DNA of 64,000 bases from positions 3,872,001-3,936,000 of the forward strand of contig CM000153.2 of assembly GCA_000004695.1 (NCBI GenBank). The letters are read 5' to 3'. Positions 1 through 14,589 of this stretch are shown in pieces. Made by a program: the position numbers and the translations under genes. Position 1 is the first letter of the stretch. The number at the start of each line of letters is the position of its first letter. Under the pieces are notes generated by a model, which saw nothing but the letters and a program-made list of their open reading frames with translations, searched no databases and was not told where the DNA came from. This DNA comes from Dictyostelium discoideum (taxonomy: Eukaryota).

Positions 1-3
1 TTA

Positions 4-1575
4 TTGAAACAAATTGAAGAATTAAAGAAATTGACACCAATGCTTATCTCTGCTATGAAACCAGTTTTGGAGAATCCAAATGATCAAGAAGCTCAAAAAC
101 ATTTAGAATCTGTAATTTATTCAACCCAAAAAGCATCTGAAGCATTGGCAACCGCAGTTGTTTCTTCACCAGCAGAAATTGTTGCAGCATCTGGTGTTTC
201 ATTAGCAAGAGATTTAGATTCTTTAGAGGAAGCAATTGCATCAGGTGATAAGAAACGTGCTCAAGTTATTCTCTCTCATATTCCAAGTGCAATTGATAAA
301 CATATTGAATTGGCAAATGCTCTCTTAGAGACTATTACAGATCCAGGTCAACGTCATCAAATTAAACAATCCATTGAAAGATTACAAACACTTAAACCAA
401 GAATCATTGAAAATGCAAATAGAGCAATCGCCAATCCAAATGACCATGAAGCTCGTAAAAATCTTTCATCAGATATTAAAGAAGCCAAAAAAGCAATTGG
501 TCAAATCAGTCAACCATATGAAGTCGTTTCAGCTCTCAATACTAAAATTCATAATGATCTTGATTCACTCATTAAATGTATCGATGAAGGTGGTCCAGAT
601 ATGCAAGTTAAAGGTGTTCAATATGCTAAAGATATAGCAAACTCTATTAAAAAACAAATTGAAGCAGCCGAGGCATACGCTCAAACTATCACTGATCCAG
701 ATCGTAAGAAACAAGTACTAGATTCAATTGAACAACTTAAAAAACTTACTCCACAACTTTTAGAAGCAATTAGAGCATGTTTAGCAAATCCTGATGATAA
801 AGAAGCTCGTAAGAGACTCGATGATGTCGTCAGAAGAGTTAAAGAAGCAAGTAGTAATCTTAGTCAAGTCATTCAACCAACTGCTGATGAACTTAAAGAA
901 GAAAAGAGAAAGAGAAATGAAGAGATTGCAAGAATTGAAGCAGAGGAAAAAGCAAAAGCTCGTGCCTTATTAAAAGCTGCTGAATTGGCAAGAATTGAAG
1001 CAGAGGAAGAAAAGAAACGTTTGGCTATAATTGAAGAAGAAAAGAAACGTTTAGCTGCAGAGGAAGAGGAAAGAAAACGTGCTCCAAAACTCGTCGTTCC
1101 AGAAGGTCCAGTTAATAAAGCAGTTTTCGGTGCTGCCGCTGATGTCGCTCAAGCTTTAGAATCAAAAGTTCGTGATGGTACACCATTGGGTATACTCGTT
1201 CAATTATCCGACGAAATCGCTCAACAAATGGCTTTAATCGCAAGTTTCGCAATGAATGGTGATGTTAAAGGTATGATTACTGCTGCTCGTAAAATCGCAG
1301 ATACCATCAAACAAGTTCAAACTCAAGCTAAACATATCGCTGACAATTGCACTGATCCACGTTTAAAACAAAATGTTTTAACCTATTGCGATTGTGGTGG
1401 TAATTTCAGTACCCAACTTAAAATCCTTTGCGCCGTTAAATCAAATGATTTTAATGATCCAACCGCTGAAGAACAATTAGTTACTTGTGCTAAAGGTTTA
1501 TCAGGTGCTGTAATTAATCTTGTAAAATCTTCTGAAGCTGCATCAATTAAACAAAGAAAAGTACCACAACAATAA
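4..1575 (+). CDS. Vinculin/alpha-catenin family protein, C-terminal part (5' end lies outside the window); helical-bundle repeats plus a vinculin-tail-like C-terminus
   Basis: Continuous ORF from the window edge to TAA at 1573-1575. The C-terminal segment CTDPRLKQNVLTYCDCGGNFSTQLKILCAVKS...EAASIKQRK aligns with the vertebrate vinculin tail ([32 protein letters not shown]...EAASIKIR). Upstream are repeated ~110-aa helical units with NP(N/D)D.EA.K.L motifs and a charged coiled-coil linker. Confidence 0.8.
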   Translation: MKQIEELKKLTPMLISAMKPVLENPNDQEAQKHLESVIYSTQKASEALATAVVSSPAEIVAASGVSLARDLDSLEEAIASGDKKRAQVILSHIPSAIDKHIELANALLETITDPGQRHQIKQSIERLQTLKPRIIENANRAIANPNDHEARKNLSSDIKEAKKAIGQISQPYEVVSALNTKIHNDLDSLIKCIDEGGPDMQVKGVQYAKDIANSIKKQIEAAEAYAQTITDPDRKKQVLDSIEQLKKLTPQLLEAIRACLANPDDKEARKRLDDVVRRVKEASSNLSQVIQPTADELKEEKRKRNEEIARIEAEEKAKARALLKAAELARIEAEEEKKRLAIIEEEKKRLAAEEEERKRAPKLVVPEGPVNKAVFGAAADVAQALESKVRDGTPLGILVQLSDEIAQQMALIASFAMNGDVKGMITAARKIADTIKQVQTQAKHIADNCTDPRLKQNVLTYCDCGGNFSTQLKILCAVKSNDFNDPTAEEQLVTCAKGLSGAVINLVKSSEAASIKQRKVPQQ

Positions 1576-1725
1576 ATAATAAAAAAAAAAAAAATAATAG
1601 TAATAATAATTAATATTTTTAAAAAAAATAAAATAAAAAAATGTATAGTTTATAATTGTAAAAAAAAAAAAAAAAAAACCTTTTTAAGAATGAGTTATAA
1701 CTTGAATAATCTTTATTTTATTTTT

Positions 1726-3188
1726 TTAAAAAGCAACAAATTTTTTATTCTTTACCTTTTCATTTTTAAAACTATTTTCTTTAGGTGATGGATAATCTTT
1801 GATCTCTAAACCAAATTTATCATCAGATTCTAAAATTTTAACCACTATATTGTTTTTAGTTGGACGGAACAATATTAATAAAACTATATAAAAGATTGCA
1901 TTTATTGTTTGATATAGTATTGAGATGACTTTGAATTTTACCCATGGTTCTGTGAAATGAGCACAAACAACAATCATTGGTTGAGCAATGAACCATAATG
2001 TAAAAATGATGGTAAATATTAAAATGAACTTCTTTTTCATTTCATCATTTTGTTTTCTACGACTTAGAGTGTTTCCAATTGTAAAAAAGAAAATAATGAA
2101 AACATAGATAGCCAATAAAGCGTAACCTGGGTATGTATCATAAAAGTAAATGTAGTTATTAAATTCTGGTGCTTTGAAACAAACGAAAATGTATACAATT
2201 ACACCAAAAACAAATAATAATCCAGAAACAGATAAATTAACCATTCTTTTTATCATTGAGCCATAATATAGAGAGGTTGTCCAACCTTGTCCAACCATTA
2301 AAATGAGTAATACAAATAATGAATTTGCCAAAATACTAAAAATATTACCAAATAAATTTGCATATTTTAATTCAGGTCCATCATATTTTATAATGGTTGA
2401 CCAATTTGCCAAAAATAATACCAATGAAATCAATTGCACTCCAAGTATTACAATAAAGAATTGTAATACTTTTGATTCCAATTGTTTTTTCTTTAATATT
2501 ATAATAAATACAATGGTTATTACAAACATTATGATATATAATAAAAAGTAAAACATTTGAGATTGTGGAATTGATTGTTGATCAGCTGATAGTACACTAT
2601 CGATATGATCACCATTATTTGATAATGAGAAAACATATTCTGCAAAATATTTTTTATTAACATTTGAACCAGTACCACCTCCAGTTGATCTATTACCTCT
2701 TTCACAATCAGCAATTGCAACAATCCAAAAACGATCTCTCTGTTGCATTACACTTTTAACTTGCATTCTACTCTCCCAATCCAAATCATTTGGATTATTA
2801 ACAAATGGTGAAAATTCATAGTTATTCCAAGAAACCTTTTTAAAAAATTAAATATATTAATATACTGATGTATTAAAATTTTTAAAATACCTATTAAAAA
2901 ACTTACTTTTTGTTCACATGAATATTTATTACCATAAATATCATCCAATAATTCATTATAATTCGGGTTTTTGTCGGAATATAATAAAATTTTTGTATCT
3001 TTTGATAATGAATGGAATAATTTCATTATTACATGGCCTCCTTGGTCTTGAAAACAAAATTTAGTTATAAATTTCCATTTACCTGGTGTTGAATATAAAC
3101 CACCAACTGTTATTGAATTTACAACACTAAAAAATGTACAACATGATAATAATAATAATATTATTTTTAATATTTTAAAATTTTTCAT
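1726..3188 (-). CDS. Seven-pass membrane protein with N-terminal signal peptide and a ~170-aa luminal domain (GPR107/GPR180 lung-7TM-like architecture; family assignment tentative); 2 exons 2907..3188 and 1726..2835, 71-bp intron, 463 aa
   Basis: ATG at 3188-3186 followed by a hydrophobic signal peptide (MKNFKILKIILLLLSCCTFFSVVNS). Donor GTAAGT at 2906-2901 (minus) and acceptor AAAAAG at 2837-2836 keep the frame (..SCEQK|VSWNNYEFSPFVNNPNDLDWESRMQ..). Exon 2 encodes seven hydrophobic helices and a charged C-tail. Confidence 0.6.
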
Positions 3189-3696
3189 CTTTTAGATTAC
3201 TTGTATTTATCTTATTTATTATTATAATGATTTTTAGTTTTTTATTTTTTTTTTTAAAATAATTTTTTTATTTTTAATTTATTATTATTATATCTATTAT
3301 AGTTATTATAATTATTATTATTTTTTTTAAGTACTTTTTATTTAATATTATCTTAATAATGTAAAGTAAAAAGGAAATAAGAATAATTAATAATTATTTT
3401 TTAATTATTTTTTAAAAAAAATATAAATAAATAATAATAATTTAAATATAAGAAACTCAAATTTAAAAAATAAAAAAAGAAAATTAAAAATAAAATGTTT
3501 AAAATAAAAATAATTATAATTAAATAATATCAAAAATACAGAAAAAAAGAAATAAAAATGTTTAAACAGTTTTAATTTGTTTAACCCTTTTTTTGAAAAT
3601 TAAAAAATAACAATTAAATTATTTATTACTTCCAAAAGTAAATCCACCTTATCTCACCCACCCTTTTAAAATATTAAAAAAGAAAGATAATTAAAT

Positions 3697-3739
<43 letters not shown>

Positions 3740-4089
3740 CCCCCACTTTTATATGATACCAAAAATGATGATATGTTATTAGTTTTATATTTAAAGGGGG
3801 TGGGTTTATTTTATTTTTTTTAAATATTAAAATGATTTTTTGATAAAATTAAAAAAACTTCTTGTAACCCTCCCATTTAATCAAAAAAAAAGTAAATCTA
3901 ATTTAAAATAATAATTTATATAAATCTGTAAAATGGTTATTTTTATTCAAAAAGAGATTGAAATAATATTTATATATATATATGGGGGGTATATATTTAA
4001 TAACCATATTTTATTTTAAATTATATAAAAAATAAAAAAATTTAAATCATAATAAAAACAAAAATAAATCCTATTTTTTAAAAATTTAA

Positions 4090-4137
<48 letters not shown>

Positions 4138-4351
4138 TATAAACGATTGTATATCTTTTTTCTTTATTTAAAAAAAAAATTGAATTTATTTTAAAATAGT
4201 AAAAAAAAAAAGACTAAAAAAAAAGATAAGATCTTTAAACATGTTTTCCAACGTTTGTCCCTTTTTTTTTTTTTTTTTTTATTTTTTTTTCTTTTTCCTC
4301 TTTTTGAAAAATTAATTTATAAAGAGTTTGTGATTTGTAGTTTGTAATTTG

Positions 4352-4389
<38 letters not shown>

Positions 4390-4402
4390 GTATTTTAAAT
4401 CT

Positions 4403-6652
<2,250 letters not shown>

Positions 6653-6768
6653 TTATTTTATTTTATTTTATTTTATTTTATTTTATTTTATTTTATTTTA
6701 TTTTATTTTATTTTATTTTATTTTATTTTATTTTATTTTATTTTATTTTATTTTATTTATTTACTGTA
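6653..6768. repeat. (TTTTA)n pentanucleotide microsatellite, ~22 units, abutting the ATG of the FHA-kinase gene
   Basis: Perfect ttttattttattttatt... tract read directly from the sequence. Confidence 0.95.
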
Positions 6769-6868
6769 TATATATAAGTATAGCATGAATTATTATAATA
6801 GTTCTTATTACCTTTTTTTTTTTTTTTGTTTTGTTGTTATTATGTTTGAAATAAAAAAAATAATACCC

Positions 6869-6905
<37 letters not shown>

Positions 6906-7549
6906 ATTATTATATTATTTGAAATAATAAAAGATTCATACACATATAGAAATTTTTTATATATCTTAAAAAAAAAAGTATAAAAAAGGTGTTTGTGCGA
7001 ATGTGTGTTGCTAGTGAAAACTAAAATAAAAAAAAAAAATAAAAAAAAAAATAGAAAAAAAAAAAAATAATAAAAAAAAAAATAAAAATAAATTAAAAAA
7101 AAAATGAAAAAAAAAAAATAAAAAAAATAAAAATAAATAAAATAAAAATTTAAAAAAAAAAAAAAAAAAACCCTATCAATGATTTTGGGGAGCTATTTTC
7201 AAAATCTTTTTTTTTTTTGATGTTTCGCCCAAACCCTTTTTTTTTTTTTTTTTTTTTTCCCTCCTTTTTTTTTTAGTTTTTTGTTAAATACCTAATAATA
7301 TGATAATTGTTGACAAATAAAAAAAAATAAATAATTTCAAAAATAAAAAAAAAAAACTAAATAATAAAAATTTCAATGAATATTTTTGTGTATCCGATTA
7401 ATTTATAATCCAATCCTCCATTTTTGTTTTTTTAATTATCTTTTTCAAATTTTACAGATATAGTTGTAATCTTTTTTTTTTTTTTTATTATTCTTTTTTT
7501 TTCAAAAAAAAAAATTAAAAATCAAATAAATAAAAAAAAAGATTGTTGG

Positions 7550-7580
<31 letters not shown>

Positions 7581-7685
7581 AAACAGTATTTATTTTTTTT
7601 TTTATTTTTTTTTTTTTTTTATTTTTTTTTTATTTTTATTTTTATTTTTTTTTTTTTCTAAAAATAGATTAAATAAAATTACAAT

Positions 7686-8068
7686 TTATAATATAAATAA
7701 AAAAACTAAAATTAAAAAAAATGGAAATGTAAAATTAGAACTAATTGTATTGAAAGCATTATTTGGTATAGGTTTAATTAGGAAATTTGGATCGTTTGGG
7801 TAAAAATAATGTGACCCTGTTTCACCATTTTTTCTTGTCGAATATGAAATTGCATTATTTGACATTTTTGTTTGTAATTTTATTGAGAGGTTTGTTGAAT
7901 TACAATAATAAAAATAAGTAAAGTCCTCATCACAATCAATACTTCCACCATACAAACAAACACCCTTTTTAAATACTTGTAATCCATCTAATCTATATCT
8001 CCAAATTCTTTCATCAGAAAGTTTTGTTTTACTATAACTTTATTATATAATTTTAATAATGGGGGGGG

Positions 8069-8116
<48 letters not shown>

Positions 8117-8541
8117 CATTATAAATTAGCAATTACCTACGTTTCAGTTATTTGACAAAAATCCTTTTCTTTATAATTTATTATTTTATAAACAACTTTA
8201 AAGGATGTATTTAATACTTGAACGCATTCATTTAGATTTATATAATATCTACAATCTTCTCCACAAAAACAAGACATAGAAAAATAACAATCCCTTGTGC
8301 TATTTTCAAATCCACCTGAACAATCAAGTTGGAAATATGGCATGGAAAAACAATATTCTGTCCCTTTTAAAATTGCTTGGTATTGTATAGGTCCACCCTC
8401 ACAATTTGGGTTATTAAATGATTCAACTTGATAATATTTATCTTTTGATGTACCATAAAACGAATTTCCCATACTACCATTTATTAATATAAATAAAATT
8501 GATATTATAAAATAACTTGGAAAATAAAATTGATTTTTCAT
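7686..8541 (-). CDS. Secreted cysteine-rich protein with signal peptide and C-terminal hydrophobic tail (possible GPI anchor); exons 8141..8541 and 7686..8031, 109-bp intron, ~248 aa
   Basis: ATG at 8541 with signal peptide (MKNQFYFPSYFIISILFILINGS) and 16 Cys in exon 1. Donor GTAGGT at 8140-8135 (AAC|GTAGGT, phase 2) and acceptor TTATAG at 8033-8032 restore the frame (..QITE|TKTKLSDERIW..). Exon 2 ends in FTFPFFLILVFLFIL-stop. Alternative reading: exon 1 terminates at the in-frame TAG at 8139-8137 and the downstream ORF is separate (no ATG). Confidence 0.5.
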
Positions 8542-8885
8542 TTTTTTTTTTTTTTTTTTTTTTTGGGGATAAATAATAAATAATATTTTAATGAAATAAA
8601 ATTATCAATATTAAAAATAAAAAGTGTAAAATTATTTTTGTTAATTTTTTTTTTTTTCTAAATAATAAAAAGAAAAAAAAAATAATAAAAAATTAATAAT
8701 CAAAAATAAAAAAAAAAACCACACCCTTCAACCCTCATTTTTTTGTGATCTATTTTTAATTTGTTTTCAATATTTTCAAAATAAAAAAAATAAATAAAAA
8801 AAACAGTGACAGAGGTCAATATTTTTAAAATAAAAAAAAAAATAATAATTATAACGGAAATGATAATTATCTATCTGTGTAACCT

Positions 8886-8933
<48 letters not shown>

Positions 8934-9073
8934 AAATAAATAAAAATAAATAAAAAAAAATATAAATAAATAAAAGAAATAAAAAATTAAATAAAAAAAA
9001 ATTTACAAAAATATAATTTTATATATCTCCTTATTACTTTATTTTAATTTAATTATTATTTATTTATTATTAA

Positions 9074-10987
9074 CTAAGTTGAAGTATTTGTTGTAGTTGT
9101 TGTATTTGAATTATTTGATTGTTGTGGTGGTACAAAAGCATTAACTAAAGTTGATAAAGAGTTATTTGATGAATCTAATTCATTTTTTGAATGATTTAAA
9201 AAATCTTTTCTTCTTGTACCTCTTAAAGATGGATAAGCAGTTTTAAAAGTTTGTTTTCTCATTTGACGATGAAATGAAGGATAGAGTAAAGTTTTACGTT
9301 CACCACTATTTTTCAAATCCTCTAAATGAATTTTAATTGAATTTCTAAATAATGATCTACTCTTATTTAAACAAAACAATGGTGCATCTTTTTGAATTGA
9401 TGATGATAATGGTGAATTTGATGGTGATGTTGAAGGTGATGTTGATGTTGATGATGTTGAACTAACTACATTATTTGTGGTGGTGGTAGTAGTCGTTGAT
9501 GAAGTGGATAATGATGATGATGATTTTTCAGAAATTTGTTGACTATTTTTTAAAGATGTAATTAAAGTATGTTGAATATGAATTTGAGTTTTTCTTTTTA
9601 AGATATCTTCATTTCTACATTTTTCACAAATTGATTCACCATTCTTTTCAAAATATTTACCACCTTCTAAAACCTCGTTACAACAGAAACATCTGAAACA
9701 AGTTGGACATAAATTTTTACCATTAACTTTTAAAAACATGCCATCTATATATTGGTTGCATTGGTCACATTTGGTACCTACCAATTCTTCGAAATGATCT
9801 TTACAATAGATTAGACCTTGATGGTCACCCAATTGACCCTCTATTTGAATAGCACATTTAGAACAAACCAAACAAGCTACATGCCATTTAAAATTCAATG
9901 CATCCATCATAACTTCGTCAACTATTGGTAATTTACAACCATAACATGTGATTTCAGAATGAGCTTCATTCATTATATGATTAACATCGCAATCAAAGCA
10001 AACCGGTTTATCGTTTCTAATATAATATAATGATGGATCCATTGGGGTTTCATCAAAACATTCTGAACATTGAAAACATTCTCTATGATAAATACCACAA
10101 TCCAATATAATTGGTCTACTTTGATTAATTGCCAATTCACATTTACTACAAATCATTGATTCAACTGTCATTTGTCGCCTTTTTCCATTATCTTCTAAAT
10201 CATTAAATATCATTGATGGATCAATTGATGATACTGGTGATGGTTCTGTTGATTTATCAATTTCAATAACTAATTTTATAATCTCTTTATCTAATTTATC
10301 ACAAATTTCTGGTATTTTATTCTCCAAAATATTTTCAATATTATCATTATTATTATTATCATCATCATCACCATTTTGTCGATTTTTATTATCAATACAA
10401 CTTGAACATTTAAATCTTCTAATATTATTGATATTTTCAACTATAAAATCTTTACCACCTAAATAACTTGTGCAATAATAACATAAAAAGCATGATCTGT
10501 GATAAATATGGTCACCCAATTCTTCAAAATCTGATGTTTTAATAACTAAATTACAACCTGAACAACTCTTAAAAAATTCAGTACCACAATCTGTACATAA
10601 CATTTCATTATTTTCAAATACACAATCTAAATTATATTTTTTTAAAGAAAAAAAAAAATCAACTTTAGTATATTATATCACAATTTTTCATTTATTCGTT
10701 TTGAATATTTATTTAAAACTTACCACTTTCACCACCCAATGGTTTTGAACATTTTACACAAACTACACATTTCCAATGATAATTTTCAGAATTTCTATTA
10801 ATTGATGGATCAGTTGCAGTTATAGGAAGATTACATTTTGGACAAATAAATGCTAATTTAGATCCTCTATTTTTAACAATTTTACTATTATTACCCCAAG
10901 CTGAAAAACTGTTATTATTAATAATGTTATTATTATTATTATTTTTATTTGAATTCTCATCGTTAATTTTATTATTATTACTATTAA

Positions 10988-11030
<43 letters not shown>

Positions 11031-12386
11031 TGAAATGATTTCAAAAGTATTATTTGTACTTGATGATAAATTTGAAGTTGATGATGTTGATGATGTTAAT
11101 GATTTATTATTACTATTACTATTATGATATAATTTTGCTAAACCAGTTGCATAAGAAGTATTGAATACTCTTTTTTCTTCAACAGATTCTTCTGAAACTG
11201 AACTAGAGTCATCATCTCTGTCATCCTCTAAAAATATTAATTCAATTGAAAAATTACTATGGAAATGTTTTAAATCTTTATGTGCTTTATCAATTTCTTG
11301 TCTTCTTATATGAATTTTAGTTCCTTCAATAAATGCTGTATGAAAACAATAACTAAACATATGACCCTTTGAATTTCTATTAAAAAATTGAATTTGAACA
11401 TCATTAACTAATAAAATATTACCACAATCTAATTCAACTTGTTGATGAATTGTTCCTTTTTTTAATTTCTTATTTTTTTTAAAAAAAAAAATAATAATAA
11501 TAATTATTAATTAATAATTAATTATAATCAATATAGTTAATAAAATAAAATAAATAATACATACAACTGGTTTTGAATAAAATACAGATTTACCTTGTTG
11601 AACAATTGATAAATATGGTTCACAACCACCACCTATATTAAAATTTGGTAATGAATTCATTTTTATCATTGATAAAACTTTTGTAATTGATGGTGGTTTT
11701 GGTATTGGTTTACCATATTGTAGTAATGCTTCGAAATATCTAACATATCTGATTTGACTTGGAATTGTTACACCCTTACTATTGTGTGTTCTTTTATTTG
11801 CAAATAATCTCATTGACTCTGATCCAGTTTGACATTGTTTATTATATAATAGCCAACATGCTAACATTGTACCAGTTCTACCTTTACCTGCTTTACAATG
11901 AACTGCAACTACATTTTCTGGATTTTGATCCAACCACATCTCCTAATTTAAAAAAATAAAAAAAAAAATAAAAAAAATAAAAAAAATAAAAAATTGTTAG
12001 TATGATTGATTGATTTATTAAAAAAAAGTATAAATAAATAAATATAAATATAAATATTCACATACCATATCATTACAAAATTCTGAAATTATATTTAAAG
12101 TTGGTGGACAATGATCATCAAATGGATATTCACTAACTCTATCTTCAAATCTGCAATGTTCATATTTTCTTTCAGAACAAAGATTATAAACTTTATAATG
12201 GTCTGCATGTAATGTATTGAAAAATCTTTGGACATCCCTCATTCTATTCCTATATAATCCTTCCAATGATTCACTAGGAAAACCCATTGCTATAACTCTG
12301 TCTGTGATATATGATAAATCAAGATCAAAATTATACATTTCAAAACGTCTTTTCTTTTTTGATACCATTTTTCTTACTAAGTCCAT
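9074..12386 (-). CDS. PTEN-family lipid/protein phosphatase (phosphatase + C2 domains) fused in frame to five C-terminal LIM domains; 4 exons 12066..12386, 11565..11942, 10724..11468, 9074..10626; 998 aa
   Basis: Exon 1 MDLVRKMVSKKKRRFEMYNFDLDLSYITDRVIAMGFPSE..YKVYNLCSERKYEH matches the PTEN N-terminus. Exon 2 carries the exact PTEN catalytic loop HCKAGKGRTG and KGVTIPSQIRYVRYF. Exon 3 begins with a PTEN-C2-like segment (ELDCGNILLVNDVQIQFF..MFSYCFHTAFIEG, compare human PLPVCGDIKVEFF..MFHFWVNTFFIPG) and runs without a stop into a LIM zinc finger (CPKC-x18-H-x2-C-x2-C-x2-C). Donors are GTATGT (12065-12060), GTATGT (11564-11559) and GTAAGT (10723-10718). Acceptors are TTAG (11944-11943), TAAG (11470-11469) and TTTAG (10628-10627). 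The exon 3/4 junction completes LIM1 exactly (..C-x18-CTDC) and four more perfect LIM domains follow. Introns are 123, 96 and 97 bp. Confidence 0.75.
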
Positions 12387-12736
12387 TTTTCTTTATATTT
12401 TTTTTTTTTTTTTTTTTATTTTTTACCCAGGCAAAAAAAAAAAAAAAAAAAAAATCTTAAAAATAAAATTTATCTCTATGTAATTATTTTTTTTATTTTT
12501 GTTCTGTTTTTATTTTTTAATTTTATTTTTTTTTTTTTTTTTTGATGTAAAATTTTGGTCGTTTCTTGGTGTTTTTTTTTTTATTTTTTTTTATTTTTTT
12601 TCTTTTTTTTTTTTGAAAACCTCTATTATAAAAAAAAAAATAAAAACTATTGTTTGCTAAAATGATATGTTGTGACAAACAAATAATGGCAGATTAAGAT
12701 GAAACAAAAATCCAAACAATTACGACAGTGCCACGC

Positions 12737-12796
<60 letters not shown>

Positions 12797-13432
12797 AGTA
12801 AAGAAATTTTTGTTGGATTGTCCCAAAAAAAAAAAAAAAAATATTTTTAAAAAAAAAAAATTTAAAAATAAAAAAAAAAGATATTTTAAAAAGATATTTT
12901 TTTCAACATTAATGAAAAAAATAAAAAAAAAAAATAAAAATAAAATGAATAAAAAATTGATTATTATTTTAAAAAATAAAAATTTAAATATTTATGCTGT
13001 GGGCAAATATATTTTGTTTATTTATAAATTTTTCTTTTTTCTTTTTTTTTTTTTTTTTTTACTTTGTGTTAATATTTATATAAAAAAATGTTTAGAAAAA
13101 AAAAAAAAAAAAAAAAAAGAAAAAAATTAAAAAAAAAGAAAATTAAATTTTATCAAAATAAAAATTGATTTACACATCAAGATTTTTTTTTTTTTTTTTT
13201 TTTTTTGTTTTATTTTAATTTGTTTGTTTTAAAACCCAATTCAATTTTATTTTCTCTTTTTTTTTTGTAACCAAATTAAATGAAAATAAAGTAAAAAAAA
13301 AAAAAAAAGAAAATTGGAAAAATTTGGTTAAAAAAAAAAAAGTGGAAATTAACTCAAAAAGTGTAAGAATTTTGAGTAATACCAATAGGTAAACACATAA
13401 AATAAAAATTTATATGTAATAGTTTTATTTTA

Positions 13433-14050
13433 TTAAAAACCCATTAAAGTTTTTACTTTTTTAGCTTTATTTTCATCAGACAAACGAGATAATAATTCAA
13501 AAGCAACATATGGAGCAGTTTGTGGATTGTATGATGTAATTACATTTTTATCAATTACAATTGATTGATCTGCGATAACGTTTGCACCGAAATCTCTTAA
13601 TTGTTGTTGTCTAACACTATGTTCACGAAGAGAATTTCTGTAGGTTGTTGCATTTCTACCCTTTAAAATCCCACTTTTACCAAGTGCTAAAGCAGCAACA
13701 CAAACCGAAGCAATATGTTTACCCTTTGAATCGAAATCTCTTATTAATTGTGATACATCTTCACTATAGGCTTCTTCATAAAATGAATAATTTTCAAATC
13801 CACCTGGAATTGCCAATGCATCAAATTCATCCAAAGATTTAACAACTTCACCTAATAATACATCCACTTGAACTTTAACACCAAATGTACTTGTAACCAT
13901 TTTATTATACAATCCACATGTAACAACTTGAATATCTGCTTTATCTTCATTATTATCATCCTCTCTAGCCCAACCCATAACATCAACAAATGGTGTAAAC
14001 TCCATTACTTCAAATCCTTTACATAATAATAATAATATTTTTTTGGTCAT
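13433..14050 (-). CDS. DJ-1/PfpI (ThiJ) family protein, 205 aa, single exon
   Basis: ATG at 14050. Conserved nucleophile-elbow Cys in [15 protein letters not shown]-1/PfpI-like fold motifs ([18 protein letters not shown]). Confidence 0.85.
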
Positions 14051-14589
14051 TTTTTATTTTATATTTATTTTTTAAATCTAATAATATTTTTTTTTTTTTT
14101 TTTTTTTTTATTTTATTTTGTTTAATGTTAAAAACAAAAAAATTTAATCTGGGTGTCCACTTTTTTTTTTTTTTTTTTTTTTTTTGTGAAAATTAAAAAA
14201 AATTTATTTATGTAAACCACCCATACCCTTAAAAAAAAAGAAAAAAAAAAAAAACAAAGAATAAATTTTTTTTTTTTCTTTTTTTTTTAAATCTTTTCAT
14301 TTAAATATTTTAAAATGATAATTAAAATAAGAAAAAAAAATAAAAAAAAATAAAATAACAAAAACAAAAAATATTTAAAAAAAAAATAAAATAAAAAATA
14401 AATTAATCAAAACAGTGTGCGCATGTAACGAAACTTTTTTTTATTTTTATTTTTTTTTTTTTTTTATGACAAAGTCACTTTTCGCACAAAATTTTTTTGA
14501 AAATTTTTGAAAAAAAAAAGTCTTTTGGGGTGTAGATTTCAAAACCAATTCGTTTTTTTTATTTTGTTTTTTACATAAGATTTCATAAA

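Noticed and set aside
2303-2723. Short plus/minus ORFs inside the 7TM gene and other antisense ORFs inside large genes (4488-4892, 5383-6109, 23127-23366, 25349-25891, 30141-30326, 50293-50929, 51697-51942, 55077-56257, 58508-58921)
   Set aside because: They overlap well-supported CDSs on the opposite strand or in another frame, lack ATG starts or domains, and show no codon bias.
10603-10603. Possibility that the LIM region is an independent gene starting at ATG 10603 (MLCTDCG..)
   Set aside because: Not fully excluded. A start there would truncate the first LIM domain, whose N-terminal zinc finger lies in the upstream exon and is joined perfectly by the GTAAGT/TTTAG intron. The fused model is therefore preferred (see finding).
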